64,000 nt of DNA from Phycisphaerales bacterium (GCA_013044165.1 JABEVB010000161.1:13451-77450), one strand, 5' to 3'. Numbered from the stretch's first letter, positions 38,576-48,482 are shown. Program-made: numbers and translations. The notes: generated by a model not told the origin, from the sequence alone.

Positions 38576-40648
38576 CTACTGCCCCAGCATGGTGACCGCT
38601 TTGCGGGCATAGGGCGACTCGGGATATTGTTTTGCCAGCAGATGCAGCACTTTGGCGGCATCGGTGCTGTCGCCGCCGAGTTTGAGCGCCTCGGACGCCC
38701 GGTACAACAGCTCGGCGGCGTAAAACGAGTTTGGCTCGGCCAACACATATTGTTGGGCAATTTTAGCGGCCACGAGGGGTCGGCCTTGGCGCTCCAGCAG
38801 TTTCAGCCGCAGCAGACGCGTATAGCCCTTAAGGATGGCTCGCGGGTAGGCGCCCTCCCATTGGTAGATGAGTTCACGCGCGGTATCAAAATGGCCGCTG
38901 ATGATATAGCTCTCAATATTGCGGGCCCACACGCCCTGCTGAATTTCCTGCTGGCGATACGATTGACTGCCGCCACTGCCGGCTTCTTTGGCATATGCCG
39001 CGGCGGCTTTGCCATCGCCCAAGGCCACGGCGGCATACGTTAATGCCGCCAGCGCGGCGTGTCGCGCAGCGGCGTTGTGCTGGTACTGTTTTAAAAATGC
39101 CCTGGCCTTTTGCAATGCAGCCTGTGCGCTTTGGGTGTAGTTGCACGCCACTACGACATAACGGTTTATGAGATCAGCGCGGGTTTTAGCGTCCAACTGC
39201 TTATGCGAGGCGGCGAGGTAAATATCGGCGGCGGCATCATACTTGTCGGTTGCCAACAGGGCTTGGGCAAGCATATTGGCCGTCTTAAGGACGCGCCGAG
39301 GAGAAGCCGTCGCCGTGGACTCAGCCCACGCGGTGCCCCACGCGGTAAGACCCGGATAGGCGTTGTACCGCCGAAAAAACTCCACGCCGCGCAGTAGGCT
39401 CGTGGCATCTAAATATTGCAGATTGTAGGTCTTGAGTATGGCCGCCACCACCGCGGGCGGGTCCGCCGGCGGATACGGAAAACCCTGAACCATCTCCGGT
39501 TGAATCTTAATTTTACGACTGGTAATAAACCGGCGTCCTGCCTGCACCACCGTCATGCCAATAGAGTAAATGCCCGGCCGCATAAACTCGTGGTCTACGC
39601 GCAGCCCCCAAGCCGTTTGACCATCAGAAAACGACCATTTGACCCGCGGGGAAAACGTTGCCGGCACCGCTGCTGTAAAGGTATACCGCTGAAAGTAATG
39701 CGTTGGCGGGACAAAAATTTGTGCCTGCGGTTTAAGCGTAAAGTCAGCCGCGTAAGAAGCGCCAACTTGCTGCAACCGCCCCACCGTCGCCTGCGCCACC
39801 GGAGCAAACGCCACTGCCGGCACCGGCTCAAAGCGTGTTACGCCCGGCGGTATCCAGTCGAGGGCGATGCCCGCATGGCCGCCAAAATTAATTTGCCCCG
39901 CCTGCAGCCGATGCCACCCCGCCTTCAGATACACATTGTGTTTAAACCGCACGCGGCCCCACATTCCGCCGCCCCAATGTTTGGTTAAAACATTGCGTCC
40001 ATCGAGGTTGACGTAACCGCGATCGTTGCAGTCGAAGGCAAATATGTACGAGCCGGCCTTGGTAATGTGCAGCCATGCATGAAACCACAGCATATCGTGG
40101 CCATGAAAACCACGTGGATCGAAACCCAGAAAAATGTTGTCGGCAAAATAGGAGCAGATTTCATGCGCACGTTCAAAACACTGCTGCATGGCACGCCAGG
40201 ACTGCGTATTGCCGCCGCCAAAATGAAAAACCTGCAGCCAAACGCCGCGGTCTATTTTAAGCGCTGGCGGCAGAGCGCCCGGCTGCGGATTGCCCCACCA
40301 TGCGTAGTACGTTCCGCTGCTGGGGGCTAAAAAAGCCACGCGAACCAGGTCGTCATGCTCGGACAACCGCATGATGCGCATGGGCATAACCAATCGGCCG
40401 CTGTTGGTAATGCGCAGGTCTGCTCCGTTGGGGAGCCGATGCTGGTCGGTATAAAACTGGGCCCAGGCAATACTCTGCCCGGGAGCATTGGATGGAATTA
40501 CCTGCACCTGAAGGGGCCGACGAAAAGTCCACTGCGGCCCAAGCACTGCGGCCAGGGATGGCGCGACAGAAAGGCAGAGAATAACGGCTGCAACAATAGC
40601 ACCGAGCAGCCGCGGCAAGAGACGTTGATTTCGCATGAGCAAGAACAT
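38576..40648 (-). CDS. secreted multidomain protein: PA14-like plus PKD plus C-terminal TPR repeats
   Basis: Signal peptide. PA14-like segment (GSYIFAFDCNDRGYVNLDGRNVL…LKAGWHRLQAGQINFGGHAGIALDW). PKD segment (WSFSDGQTAWGLRVDHEFMRPGIYSIGMTV). The last roughly 250 aa are TPR-like. Confidence 0.75.
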   Translation of the reverse strand: MFLLMRNQRLLPRLLGAIVAAVILCLSVAPSLAAVLGPQWTFRRPLQVQVIPSNAPGQSIAWAQFYTDQHRLPNGADLRITNSGRLVMPMRIMRLSEHDDLVRVAFLAPSSGTYYAWWGNPQPGALPPALKIDRGVWLQVFHFGGGNTQSWRAMQQCFERAHEICSYFADNIFLGFDPRGFHGHDMLWFHAWLHITKAGSYIFAFDCNDRGYVNLDGRNVLTKHWGGGMWGRVRFKHNVYLKAGWHRLQAGQINFGGHAGIALDWIPPGVTRFEPVPAVAFAPVAQATVGRLQQVGASYAADFTLKPQAQIFVPPTHYFQRYTFTAAVPATFSPRVKWSFSDGQTAWGLRVDHEFMRPGIYSIGMTVVQAGRRFITSRKIKIQPEMVQGFPYPPADPPAVVAAILKTYNLQYLDATSLLRGVEFFRRYNAYPGLTAWGTAWAESTATASPRRVLKTANMLAQALLATDKYDAAADIYLAASHKQLDAKTRADLINRYVVVACNYTQSAQAALQKARAFLKQYQHNAAARHAALAALTYAAVALGDGKAAAAYAKEAGSGGSQSYRQQEIQQGVWARNIESYIISGHFDTARELIYQWEGAYPRAILKGYTRLLRLKLLERQGRPLVAAKIAQQYVLAEPNSFYAAELLYRASEALKLGGDSTDAAKVLHLLAKQYPESPYARKAVTMLGQ

Positions 40649-40901
40649 CCTTTTGTCTGTTTTGGCTTACACCACGAGCACGCGGATGGCATAAGCTCGC
40701 CGATAGGCCGACGAGTAATTACGCGAGCGGCAAGCGCTACGGCCGCTCGCGATGCCATGCGATTATACGCGCGGAGGCGATAACGCATGACACCCAACGC
40801 ACCTAAGGACCCACGCAGGACCACTTTCAAGGTTGCCTCGGTCACCAGACTCGCCCATTTAGATAACGCACAAAATGGAGCGTTATTTAGCCGCAATATC
40901 T

Positions 40902-40964
40902 GGTGATGGCACGCAGGAGCACCCTCGCAACGCCGGGAGGCGAGCTTTCCTGCGGGCCATCGCC
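40902..40964. other. 63-nt extended imperfect hairpin in the non-coding tract
   Basis: GGTGATGGC/GCCATCGCC (9 bp), CGCAGGA/TCCTGCG (7 bp) and CTCGC/GCGAG (5 bp) are nested coaxially. Confidence 0.55.
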
Positions 40965-41190
40965 GGGTTCGCTCGCCGCTTACCTCAGTGGCATTGGCCT
41001 AAAATGCTCGCAGGGACGTCGGCAGTCTAAGCGAGAAGAATCGCTACTGGCTCGGCCGCACTGCAAGTACTATATTCTTTCTTACTAATTTATTTGCTTA
41101 TAAAGTCGGCATTAGGTTACTTATCAAGCATTTTAGATTACTGTTTATTCGTATTTATAAAAATACTTATGCTGTGCTAACTCTATTCTC

Positions 41191-41218
41191 TTGCAATCTT
41201 AACGCAGCCCGCTATTAT
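41191..41218 (+). promoter_or_regulatory. candidate promoter at the 3' edge of the AT-rich core
   Basis: TTGCAA, then 16 nt, then TATTAT, preceded by about 120 bp of AT-rich sequence (UP-element-like). It would give a leader of about 450 nt before the porin-like gene. Confidence 0.3.
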
Positions 41219-41673
41219 CGAGCTTTGATGGTGTCGCTTATTTGGCGTTATCGCACCCTGTAAGCCGATAATGTTTAGTAAGCGAATAGTGAGCGAATGA
41301 TGAAGGCTCGGTTCGCTCGGCGGGCAGATGGAGTCTCGTGACACAAACGGTGTATGCGGACTCGATACTGAGTAAGAACCCAACAGGGCAGTTAGGAACC
41401 TGATGGAACGGGTAATTGAGGTATGACCTCGTGGTTTAGGCCATGCATTGCAAGGCCAGCTTAACGGGCTGCCTTATTTGAAGCTAAATAATCGCTTCAT
41501 TTGGCGCAGGGTTTACCTAAGCAGCCGCAGGCGTAGCGGCGTAAAAGTAGAACCGAGGATGTTGTAAGGTTCTGGCACGGCTTGGCGGAGTAATGCAACG
41601 GGCGTTGCAGCAGAGGCGAGACCGGGTACATGGCAGCGGAACAGCTCGAATGCCAACGCCGGTCTTTGAGGAA

Positions 41674-42693
41674 ATGCTGATGTTCAGCGGGAAACGAAAA
41701 AATTGGCCACTTAGCGCAGCGGCGGCAATGATCGCCCTGTCGGTGGGCGTGGCTTACGCCATCGCACCGGCAGCGCAAGATGCCAACATTGACCTCGCAC
41801 CACCACAGCCCGTGATGCCCGGTCAAACGCCCCGCGCCACATCGCGCAATTGGCATTTTTCAACCCAGTTTTCGTTTACCAACAGCTACTGGTTTCGCTA
41901 TCAAAATCGCGAGCCTAATCGGCTCAATATTCAAAACACCAGCAGGCTTACATTCGATTTTCATCGCTGGGGTTCGCTCTATATAGAATCCGTCGAAAAT
42001 TACGCCTACGGCGCCCGCCGGCCTTATGTCAGCTTTTATGGCGACCATGGCATTGGCGAAGGCCCCGCTCCCACAAGCAACCTGACCGAAATTGATCCTA
42101 CCATTGGCTATCACTACAACGTGTGCAGTTTTGTGGGCGTTGACGTCGGCTGGAGCGACTACATCACACCCATTGACGGCATTAAGGTTTCGCCGGCGCC
42201 GGGCGCGGCTGTTGTTGGCTATGGCTCGCACGGTAAGGTAGATTCTCAGGAAGCTTTTATACGCCTTCAACTTAACGATCACAAACTTCTTGGCCCGCTG
42301 CACGTAAACCCTTATGTATATGTTGGCTTTGATTACAACGGAAGTTACTATGCCGGCGCGGGACAGTACTACGAAATCGGCATTGGGCGGCATTTTGTTG
42401 TGCCCAACACCGGCGGGCTTGATGTGCATCCGTTTGCCAGCATGTCGTTCATCGGCAGCGAAGGCCGGCTGGATCGTAACCTCACGAGCACGCGGGATGG
42501 CTACCTGGGCACTACGGTCGGCGTAGGTACAACCTACCCGCTCAACCATCTGCTGCACCTGTCGGCCCACTGCGGCAGCTACTACGTCGGTGGTTTTGTG
42601 GATGGGGTGTTTACCGGCAATCGGTACGCGGAGCCGACCGGAACCAGCCGCACCGCCGTTTTATTCGGCGGCGATATCGGCATGAAGTATTGA
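41674..42693 (+). CDS. outer-membrane beta-barrel protein (porin-like, family not recognised)
   Basis: Signal peptide MLMFSGKRKNWPLSAAAAMIALSVGVAYA. Alternating Gly/aromatic beta-strand pattern. C-terminal …LFGGDIGMKY. Confidence 0.6.
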   Translation: MLMFSGKRKNWPLSAAAAMIALSVGVAYAIAPAAQDANIDLAPPQPVMPGQTPRATSRNWHFSTQFSFTNSYWFRYQNREPNRLNIQNTSRLTFDFHRWGSLYIESVENYAYGARRPYVSFYGDHGIGEGPAPTSNLTEIDPTIGYHYNVCSFVGVDVGWSDYITPIDGIKVSPAPGAAVVGYGSHGKVDSQEAFIRLQLNDHKLLGPLHVNPYVYVGFDYNGSYYAGAGQYYEIGIGRHFVVPNTGGLDVHPFASMSFIGSEGRLDRNLTSTRDGYLGTTVGVGTTYPLNHLLHLSAHCGSYYVGGFVDGVFTGNRYAEPTGTSRTAVLFGGDIGMKY

Positions 42694-42835
42694 GTTGGCA
42701 CAGCGCCGGGATGGCGCAGGTGGGCGAGAGGCCGAATCAGAAACGAGTTCGGCTCATGAATTGTGTTCATGGGCTGAAGGTTTGTCCGGCCTGGTGAAGC
42801 CGGACGAGTGGAGCATCTTTTATAAGGAGCTATTT

Positions 42836-44302
42836 ATGCGTCACCGTCACTCCAAGGTTTCCCTTGCCCTGGCGGCCCTAATGGCCACCGCGGGCGTTGC
42901 CGCGGCTGCGAGTCCGTCGGCACCCACCGTCAGCCTCGACGACAGCGCCACGCAGGCGCAACCACAAGCGATGCCGCAGTCGCAGTCGCTGCCGGCACTG
43001 TCGTATGGCCTGAGCAAGGTTCCCACCGGCAACGGCGGCAACCTGTATCAGGACATGCAGAACTGGGGCATCAACATCTCCGGCTTTATTGACGCTGGCT
43101 ATACCGCCAACTTCGATCATCAGGCCGGAAGCAACATTGGTGGCCGCGTTTTCGATCAGGAAAACGGCAATCACCTGCAGCTTGACCAGATTGATGTTTC
43201 AATCTCCAAAGCCATTGACTTCTCCAACGCTAATTTCCGCAAGCGCGGTTGGGATGTCGGCGGCAAGGTTGAAGTGCTGTACGGCATGGATGGCGACCTC
43301 ATTCATTCCAACGGCATGAACTTTTACCACGGCAATAACTATTACCAGAACGGTCAAAACCCGTTCAAGCCCATTAATCAGTTTGACGTGGTGCAGGCGT
43401 ATGCAACCTTCGCCGTTCCAATGTTTGACACCGGCGGTTTGAAGATCAAGGCTGGTAAGTTCGTCACCCCATTTGGCGATGAAACCATCAATCCGACCAC
43501 CAATCCGTTCTATTCGCACAGCTACGAATTCGGTTTTGGTATCCCCTTCACCCAGACGGGCATTTTGGCGATATTCTCGCCCAACAGCGACTGGACGTTC
43601 TCCGCCGGGGTTACCCGCGGCTGGAACAACACCCTTACCAAAACCAACGACACCTTGGCGGATTTCCTTGGCGGCATCAACTGGACGCCTCAAGAAAAGC
43701 GTTTCCAAGGCCTCACCGCCACGCTAAATTATAGCCTTGGCGCGCAAGACCCAAGCTACTATCCCAACGACCTTGATGGCGATTTGGATGGTTCCGGCCT
43801 GCGTTCTGGTGATAACTCACATTACCGTTCAGTAACGGAAGTTATCCTCACCTACACGCCGCCGAAGATGAGCCAGCTCACGCTGACCTCCGACAGCCTG
43901 TGGGGTTACGATGGCGCCAGCGACATCATCATTCCAACCGGCGTCAGCCCTGGCACGGGGACGGTGTCCTACGGCCCAGCGAACTACTACGCCGAAGAAG
44001 CGGTGGCGTCTTACAAGCTCAACAGCTATGTAACGCTCAATGGCCGCGCCGAGTGGTACCACGACGGCCACAGCGGCACGACCTACGCCATTGTAGGCCG
44101 CACGGTCAACCTCTCGGAGTTCACCATTGGCGCAACCATTACGCCGTTCCCCAACTCCTCTTGGGGTAAGTACCTCAAGCTGCGGCCCGAACTGCGGCAG
44201 GACTACGCCGATCATCCGATATTCCAGACCGGCGGCGGCAGCGGCAGCACGGCCAAGCGGTATCAGACGACCGCGGCTATGGATGTCATTTACTCGTTCT
44301 AA
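42836..44302 (+). CDS. outer-membrane beta-barrel porin (OmpL/bbp2-like)
   Basis: AAGGAG RBS. Signal peptide MRHRHSKVSLALAALMATAGVAAA. Amphipathic strands. C-terminal …TTAAMDVIYSF ends in Phe, the OMP signature. Confidence 0.7.
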   Translation: MRHRHSKVSLALAALMATAGVAAAASPSAPTVSLDDSATQAQPQAMPQSQSLPALSYGLSKVPTGNGGNLYQDMQNWGINISGFIDAGYTANFDHQAGSNIGGRVFDQENGNHLQLDQIDVSISKAIDFSNANFRKRGWDVGGKVEVLYGMDGDLIHSNGMNFYHGNNYYQNGQNPFKPINQFDVVQAYATFAVPMFDTGGLKIKAGKFVTPFGDETINPTTNPFYSHSYEFGFGIPFTQTGILAIFSPNSDWTFSAGVTRGWNNTLTKTNDTLADFLGGINWTPQEKRFQGLTATLNYSLGAQDPSYYPNDLDGDLDGSGLRSGDNSHYRSVTEVILTYTPPKMSQLTLTSDSLWGYDGASDIIIPTGVSPGTGTVSYGPANYYAEEAVASYKLNSYVTLNGRAEWYHDGHSGTTYAIVGRTVNLSEFTIGATITPFPNSSWGKYLKLRPELRQDYADHPIFQTGGGSGSTAKRYQTTAAMDVIYSF

Positions 44303-44340
44303 CCGAACGAGCCAGATGACGCCAAAAGCGTAAACCGCAA

Positions 44341-44373
44341 GGGCGGGGCAACTTGGTTGCCCCGCCCTTTTTG
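44341..44373 (+). terminator. Rho-independent terminator after the porin pair
   Basis: GGGCGGGGCAA-cttgg-TTGCCCCGCCC followed by TTTTTG. Confidence 0.8.
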
Positions 44374-44502
44374 TTGTCACAAAATTGCATCAACGAGTGC
44401 ACGGCACGGCCTGCGGGCTGCAGGTGGAGAGCCACGCACCTACCGCCGAAGCAAAATCTCGTCAGAAATACAAGAGGTTGCAGCTGGGTTATGCAGAGCC
44501 GG

Positions 44503-45828
44503 TCAGAGTAACGCCGAGCCGATCGGACCCTTCAGGTTAAGCAGTTCGTCGAGCACCAGTGCCACCGCGCCCATCAGCGTTGCCCGCATACCAAACGCCG
44601 CCGGCATGATGCGAACCCCGCGGGCGCTTCGCTCGAGCGCATGCTTTCGGACCGAATCTTCAATGATTGAATACATCTGCGAACCAGCCTGAGCCATGCC
44701 GCCGCCGATGATAACGGCCTCAGGATTTAGAATATTAATCATGGTGGCCACGCCCAAGCCTATGTACCCGGCGGCACGGTTAAAAATCTCTGCAGCGCCG
44801 ACATCGCCGCCCTGTGCGGCTGCCGCAACAAGTTCGGCAGTGACGCGATCGGGCTTGCCTTGGCACAATTCCCAAAGGACTCCACGCCCCGCTTTGGCAA
44901 CCAGCGCAGCGCCATCACTCGCAACGGCATAGCCGGAGGCTACCGCTTCAAGGCAACCATAATTGCCGCACTTGCACTGCCGCCGACCTGTGGTGTCAAC
45001 GCAGAGATGCCCCAATTCACCGGCCAGGCCGCGAGATCCGTAAATTGGCCGCCCATGGTCTACGGTCGCAGCGCCAATGCCATAGCCCAGGTTCATGCAC
45101 ACAAAATTTTCGACGTGGCGGCCAATGCCGTACCGGAGTTCGCCCATGGCCATCACACGCGTCACGTTATCACAACTGATCGGCAGTTTGATGCGCGGCG
45201 AAAGCGCGGCAAACACGTCCGCATCATTCCAGCGAAAATCAGGCGAAAACTCAACCAACCGCTTCTGATGATTCACAAGGCCCGCCAAAGCAATGCCAAC
45301 GCCATGAATCTTGCGGCCTGCGGCGGCAGGATGTGATTGCAGAGACTGAATCATGCGGGCCACAACCGCCATCACATCCAGAAACTCCCGGTTCGTCGGT
45401 GTGGGCTCGGCCAACTCCGCCTGCGATTCCGCCCGCAAATTGACCAAGGTGCCGCGAATTTGCGTTGCCCCCACATCCAAGCCAATCACCAGTGATTGGT
45501 TTTCACTGATGGCCACATGAATGGGTGGCCGGCCGCCTGACGATCGCACTTTGCCCACATCCATCAACAGTTTTTCGCGATGAATCAGGCTTTGCGCTAC
45601 ACGTGTAACTGTTGCCGGGCTTAGACCAGAATCACGGGCGATTTGCGCCCGCGATATCGGCTGGCGTCGCCAGACCAGGTTGAGAACCTGCACCTTGTTA
45701 AGACGATTGATCTCGGCTGCGTCCGCTCCGCCGGGTGGAACCGATCCATCCGTAGTTTTTATCGTGCCGTAAGGGACCTGTTTGACAGTATCCTCTCCTC
45801 GATAGGCTGCAGTCACTAACTTTTTCAT
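44503..45828 (-). CDS. ROK-family transcriptional regulator (N-terminal wHTH plus ROK sugar-kinase-like domain)
   Basis: …PISRAQIARDSGLSPATVTRVAQSLI… is the HTH. The ROK signature has a Cys cluster (CKCGNYGCLEAVASG). Confidence 0.9.
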   Translation of the reverse strand: MKKLVTAAYRGEDTVKQVPYGTIKTTDGSVPPGGADAAEINRLNKVQVLNLVWRRQPISRAQIARDSGLSPATVTRVAQSLIHREKLLMDVGKVRSSGGRPPIHVAISENQSLVIGLDVGATQIRGTLVNLRAESQAELAEPTPTNREFLDVMAVVARMIQSLQSHPAAAGRKIHGVGIALAGLVNHQKRLVEFSPDFRWNDADVFAALSPRIKLPISCDNVTRVMAMGELRYGIGRHVENFVCMNLGYGIGAATVDHGRPIYGSRGLAGELGHLCVDTTGRRQCKCGNYGCLEAVASGYAVASDGAALVAKAGRGVLWELCQGKPDRVTAELVAAAAQGGDVGAAEIFNRAAGYIGLGVATMINILNPEAVIIGGGMAQAGSQMYSIIEDSVRKHALERSARGVRIMPAAFGMRATLMGAVALVLDELLNLKGPIGSALL

Positions 45829-46305
45829 ACCAGCGCTCCTGATAAAGATACCTGCCGCCGATTAAAATGCTCATCGGTAGCTTCAAACTATAACGCACTT
45901 ACTTTCAGCAGACAAGTCGAAGCGCCATTTATCATGAATTACGGCATTCGATGAAACAAAGTCTATTAGTTAGTGCGAGCAACTGCAGGACCGGGCAATA
46001 TGCTTCAAGGCTGACTGCGCTTTGGCAGCAAACCGCCTTTGGCCGCTTGCATGTCATTACCTTCAATGTTTACTCGCGAACCGGACGCCGCTTATGCGCC
46101 AAAAGCCAGAGGCGATGATTTCATGACCACAACGCTGTCGCGGACAGTTTATCTCTGGGAGCTTGACTACTGTGACCTCTTTTACAGGCGCGATTCTTTA
46201 TAAATGCTATTTGCGGTTTTTGTTGACGCAAGATAGCATGCATCAGCATGCCGCCTGACGCGATGAAGTCTTGTGATTCTGTTAGCCGATGGATACGCTC
46301 TACGC

Positions 46306-46821
46306 ATGCTTCTGCTTAAAAAACATCTTGTTGACCTGGTAAAAGCAGGTAAAAAACGCCAGACCATTCGCTTTTGGAGCCACGCCATCGTTAAGCCGGG
46401 GCAGGTATCGTTTACCCCGGGTTTGGGACGAATGAAGATTTTGTCCATTGAAGAACTCTCAGGCCTCCATGCGCTTGACGAAGCTGACGCCCAAGCCGAT
46501 GGCTTCGAGAGCCTTGCGGAACTGCTGGCCGAACTGAAGCGCAATTATCCAGTGGTGCCGCCGGGCAAGCGACTGTTCCGGATTAAATTCCAATGGCCCA
46601 TTGTCCAAGAATTATCGCCAGCGCGTTTGGCAAAGGCAAAGCCGTCTGCCACCATTCGGCCGAAGGCGAGAAAGAAGACGCCTGGGCACGTGGCTGCCTC
46701 CACGCCTGCGCTAAACAATAGCCCCGCAGATGAATTACCCGAACGATTGCCCGTCGGCGATAAACTTAAACTCAAAGCCGTCATCCTGTCCAAACTGGCC
46801 CAGTTGAGCCACATGCAATAA
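46306..46821 (+). CDS. ASCH (PUA-like) domain protein with basic C-terminal tail
   Basis: MLLLKKHLVDLVKAGKKRQTIRFW…GRMKILSIEE…ADAQADGFESL…. The start is ATG 46306 or GTG 46273. Confidence 0.72.
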   Translation: MLLLKKHLVDLVKAGKKRQTIRFWSHAIVKPGQVSFTPGLGRMKILSIEELSGLHALDEADAQADGFESLAELLAELKRNYPVVPPGKRLFRIKFQWPIVQELSPARLAKAKPSATIRPKARKKTPGHVAASTPALNNSPADELPERLPVGDKLKLKAVILSKLAQLSHMQ

Positions 46822-47048
46822 ATTCAAAAGTCAGCGATCGCGACCGATCGGCTGATGCTGTTGGTGTGGAGTCAACACGGGGGGTCGGCAATTCAGTCAA
46901 GGGGATATCGCGGCTCCGATAACCGCCAATAAAATATTGTTTTCGAAGCATGCAACTTCCTGCAACTTTTGGCCGCTGGGGCGTGTTACTGCTGATGGAG
47001 TCAGTCGAGCAAATGCGCGAAGGCCGTCGGCACCCAATGGAGCAACAC

Positions 47049-47378
47049 ATGGCAGGCAATAAGTTTGGTAAACGCTGGCCGCAATGGGCCAGTTGGGCTG
47101 CAATGGCCGTGGTGGCGATTTCGCTTGGAGGCTGCGCCCCACGGCGTGTGGTAGTTGTACGGCCCGCACCTCCGCCACCACAATATGAGGTGATTCCAGC
47201 TCCGCCATACGCAGGCGCAGTCTGGATTCGCGGCCACTGGGCCTGGCGCGCAGGACGGTATTTATGGATTGGCGGCTATTATGTTCATGCCGCACCGGGT
47301 GGTGTTTGGGTGCCGGGCCATTGGCAGCGGACATGGCGCGGCTGGCGTTGGATTCCCGGTCATTACCGACCCGTGTAG
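47049..47378 (+). CDS. lipoprotein with WXXGXW/YXWGXW-type repeats
   Basis: Lipobox AISLGGC. Pro-rich linker. Repeats GHWAWRAGRYLWIGGYY and GHWQRTWRGWRWIPGHY. Confidence 0.7.
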   Translation: MAGNKFGKRWPQWASWAAMAVVAISLGGCAPRRVVVVRPAPPPPQYEVIPAPPYAGAVWIRGHWAWRAGRYLWIGGYYVHAAPGGVWVPGHWQRTWRGWRWIPGHYRPV

Positions 47379-47726
47379 CCGCCTCTTAAATCAAGACCTG
47401 ATAGACATTGCAGGCGAACTTCTGCCGGACGGCCCATAAAACCACTAAATGCCCTCTGCTGTGGGCATCATTATCTTTTGGCCACCGCACTTACTTTCCG
47501 ATCACTTTTTCGCTGCAGGATTGGCGGTCGGGCGTCCGATGAAGACTCCAGCAGCGTGCATCACATCGCTGCAGAACGACGACGGAAACATTCAGGTTCA
47601 GTTTCGAGCATCCGTCGGTGTGGTTTGTGCAATGGTTGTATTGACAAGCAGGGTCGCAGTGTTTGGCGGCCCTGGGAGCAAGGCGTAGTTGCCGAGATGC
47701 TCCGGTAAATCAGGAGGTAGAGAGAG

Positions 47727-48482
47727 ATGAACAGCAAGAACTTTTCTTTGGCGGAAGCAGCCGTGGTGGCGATTGTCGTGCTGATGCTGGGCGTGCTCCT
47801 GGTGCCCATCATTTCGCGGATGCGCCAGGCCTCCGAAAGCACGGCGTGCCAAGGCAACCTCAGGCAACTCGGCGCACTGACACTGTCCTATACGTCTACC
47901 AATGGCGGCCTGCTGCCAGCGCTGCGTACCTCATACGGCGTGCGGTGGAGCGACGCGCTGGTGGACTTCAAGCTTGGTTTGCCAGCACAGGTTCCCGGCG
48001 CTCTTGCCGGCCAGTCGCGGCAAACCGCCGAACAACAATATGCATTGCTGCTTCGCTGCCCGGCCAGCGCCATGAAGGTTCAAAGCAACTTTGGCTGCAC
48101 GTATGCGGCCAATCCAAACGCTTTTGGATCCAGTCACAACCCCGGCCTGATCGGCATGATTCAGCGTCCGAGCGAAATTATCGCCTTGGGCGATGCCAAT
48201 CAGAACGCACAAGGAAACGCAGCGTGCGCCTTCAGTTGGGCACTGCGGCAGCGTAAGTACATGATGCCCGACCCCAGCCGCAGGCTGCCAGTGGATGGTC
48301 GCCTCGCCGCCGGCAATCACGACGGCGGGCCAGTCATCGGCAAAGGTGATTCAGGCCTGCGTTACCGGCACTATTCCAATGGCCCCACAAGCGGCGCGGC
48401 CAACGTGCTATTCTTTGACGGGCATGTAGACGCCATGTACTTCGGCGGCGTACGCGAAATGAACATTGTCACAGCGTATTGA
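47727..48482 (+). CDS. DUF1559 / prepilin-type N-terminal domain protein (second copy)
   Basis: AGGAGG RBS. N-terminus is a degenerate pilin-type leader (hydrophobic helix, but no canonical G-FTL-E cleavage/methylation motif): MNSKNFSLAEAAVVAIVVLMLGVLLVPIISRMRQASESTACQGNLRQLG. C-terminal part has ANVLFFDGHVDAMYF. Confidence 0.85.
   Translation: MNSKNFSLAEAAVVAIVVLMLGVLLVPIISRMRQASESTACQGNLRQLGALTLSYTSTNGGLLPALRTSYGVRWSDALVDFKLGLPAQVPGALAGQSRQTAEQQYALLLRCPASAMKVQSNFGCTYAANPNAFGSSHNPGLIGMIQRPSEIIALGDANQNAQGNAACAFSWALRQRKYMMPDPSRRLPVDGRLAAGNHDGGPVIGKGDSGLRYRHYSNGPTSGAANVLFFDGHVDAMYFGGVREMNIVTAY

Noticed and set aside
40902-40964. Possible fluoride (crcB) riboswitch, because of GGTGATGG… and …CAACGCC
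   Set aside because: The downstream conserved CUGAUG…CCU segment and the pseudoknot arrangement are missing. The sequence instead forms one long coaxial hairpin. I kept it only as an unexplained structured element.
41573-41588. sigma54-like TGGCAC…GC element upstream of the porin gene, and a similar TGGCAG-…-TGCA at about 49367 near the MarR gene
   Set aside because: The GG-to-GC spacing is 1-2 nt shorter than the strict -24/-12 geometry (TGGCAC-N5-TTGC), so these are unlikely to be functional RpoN promoters.
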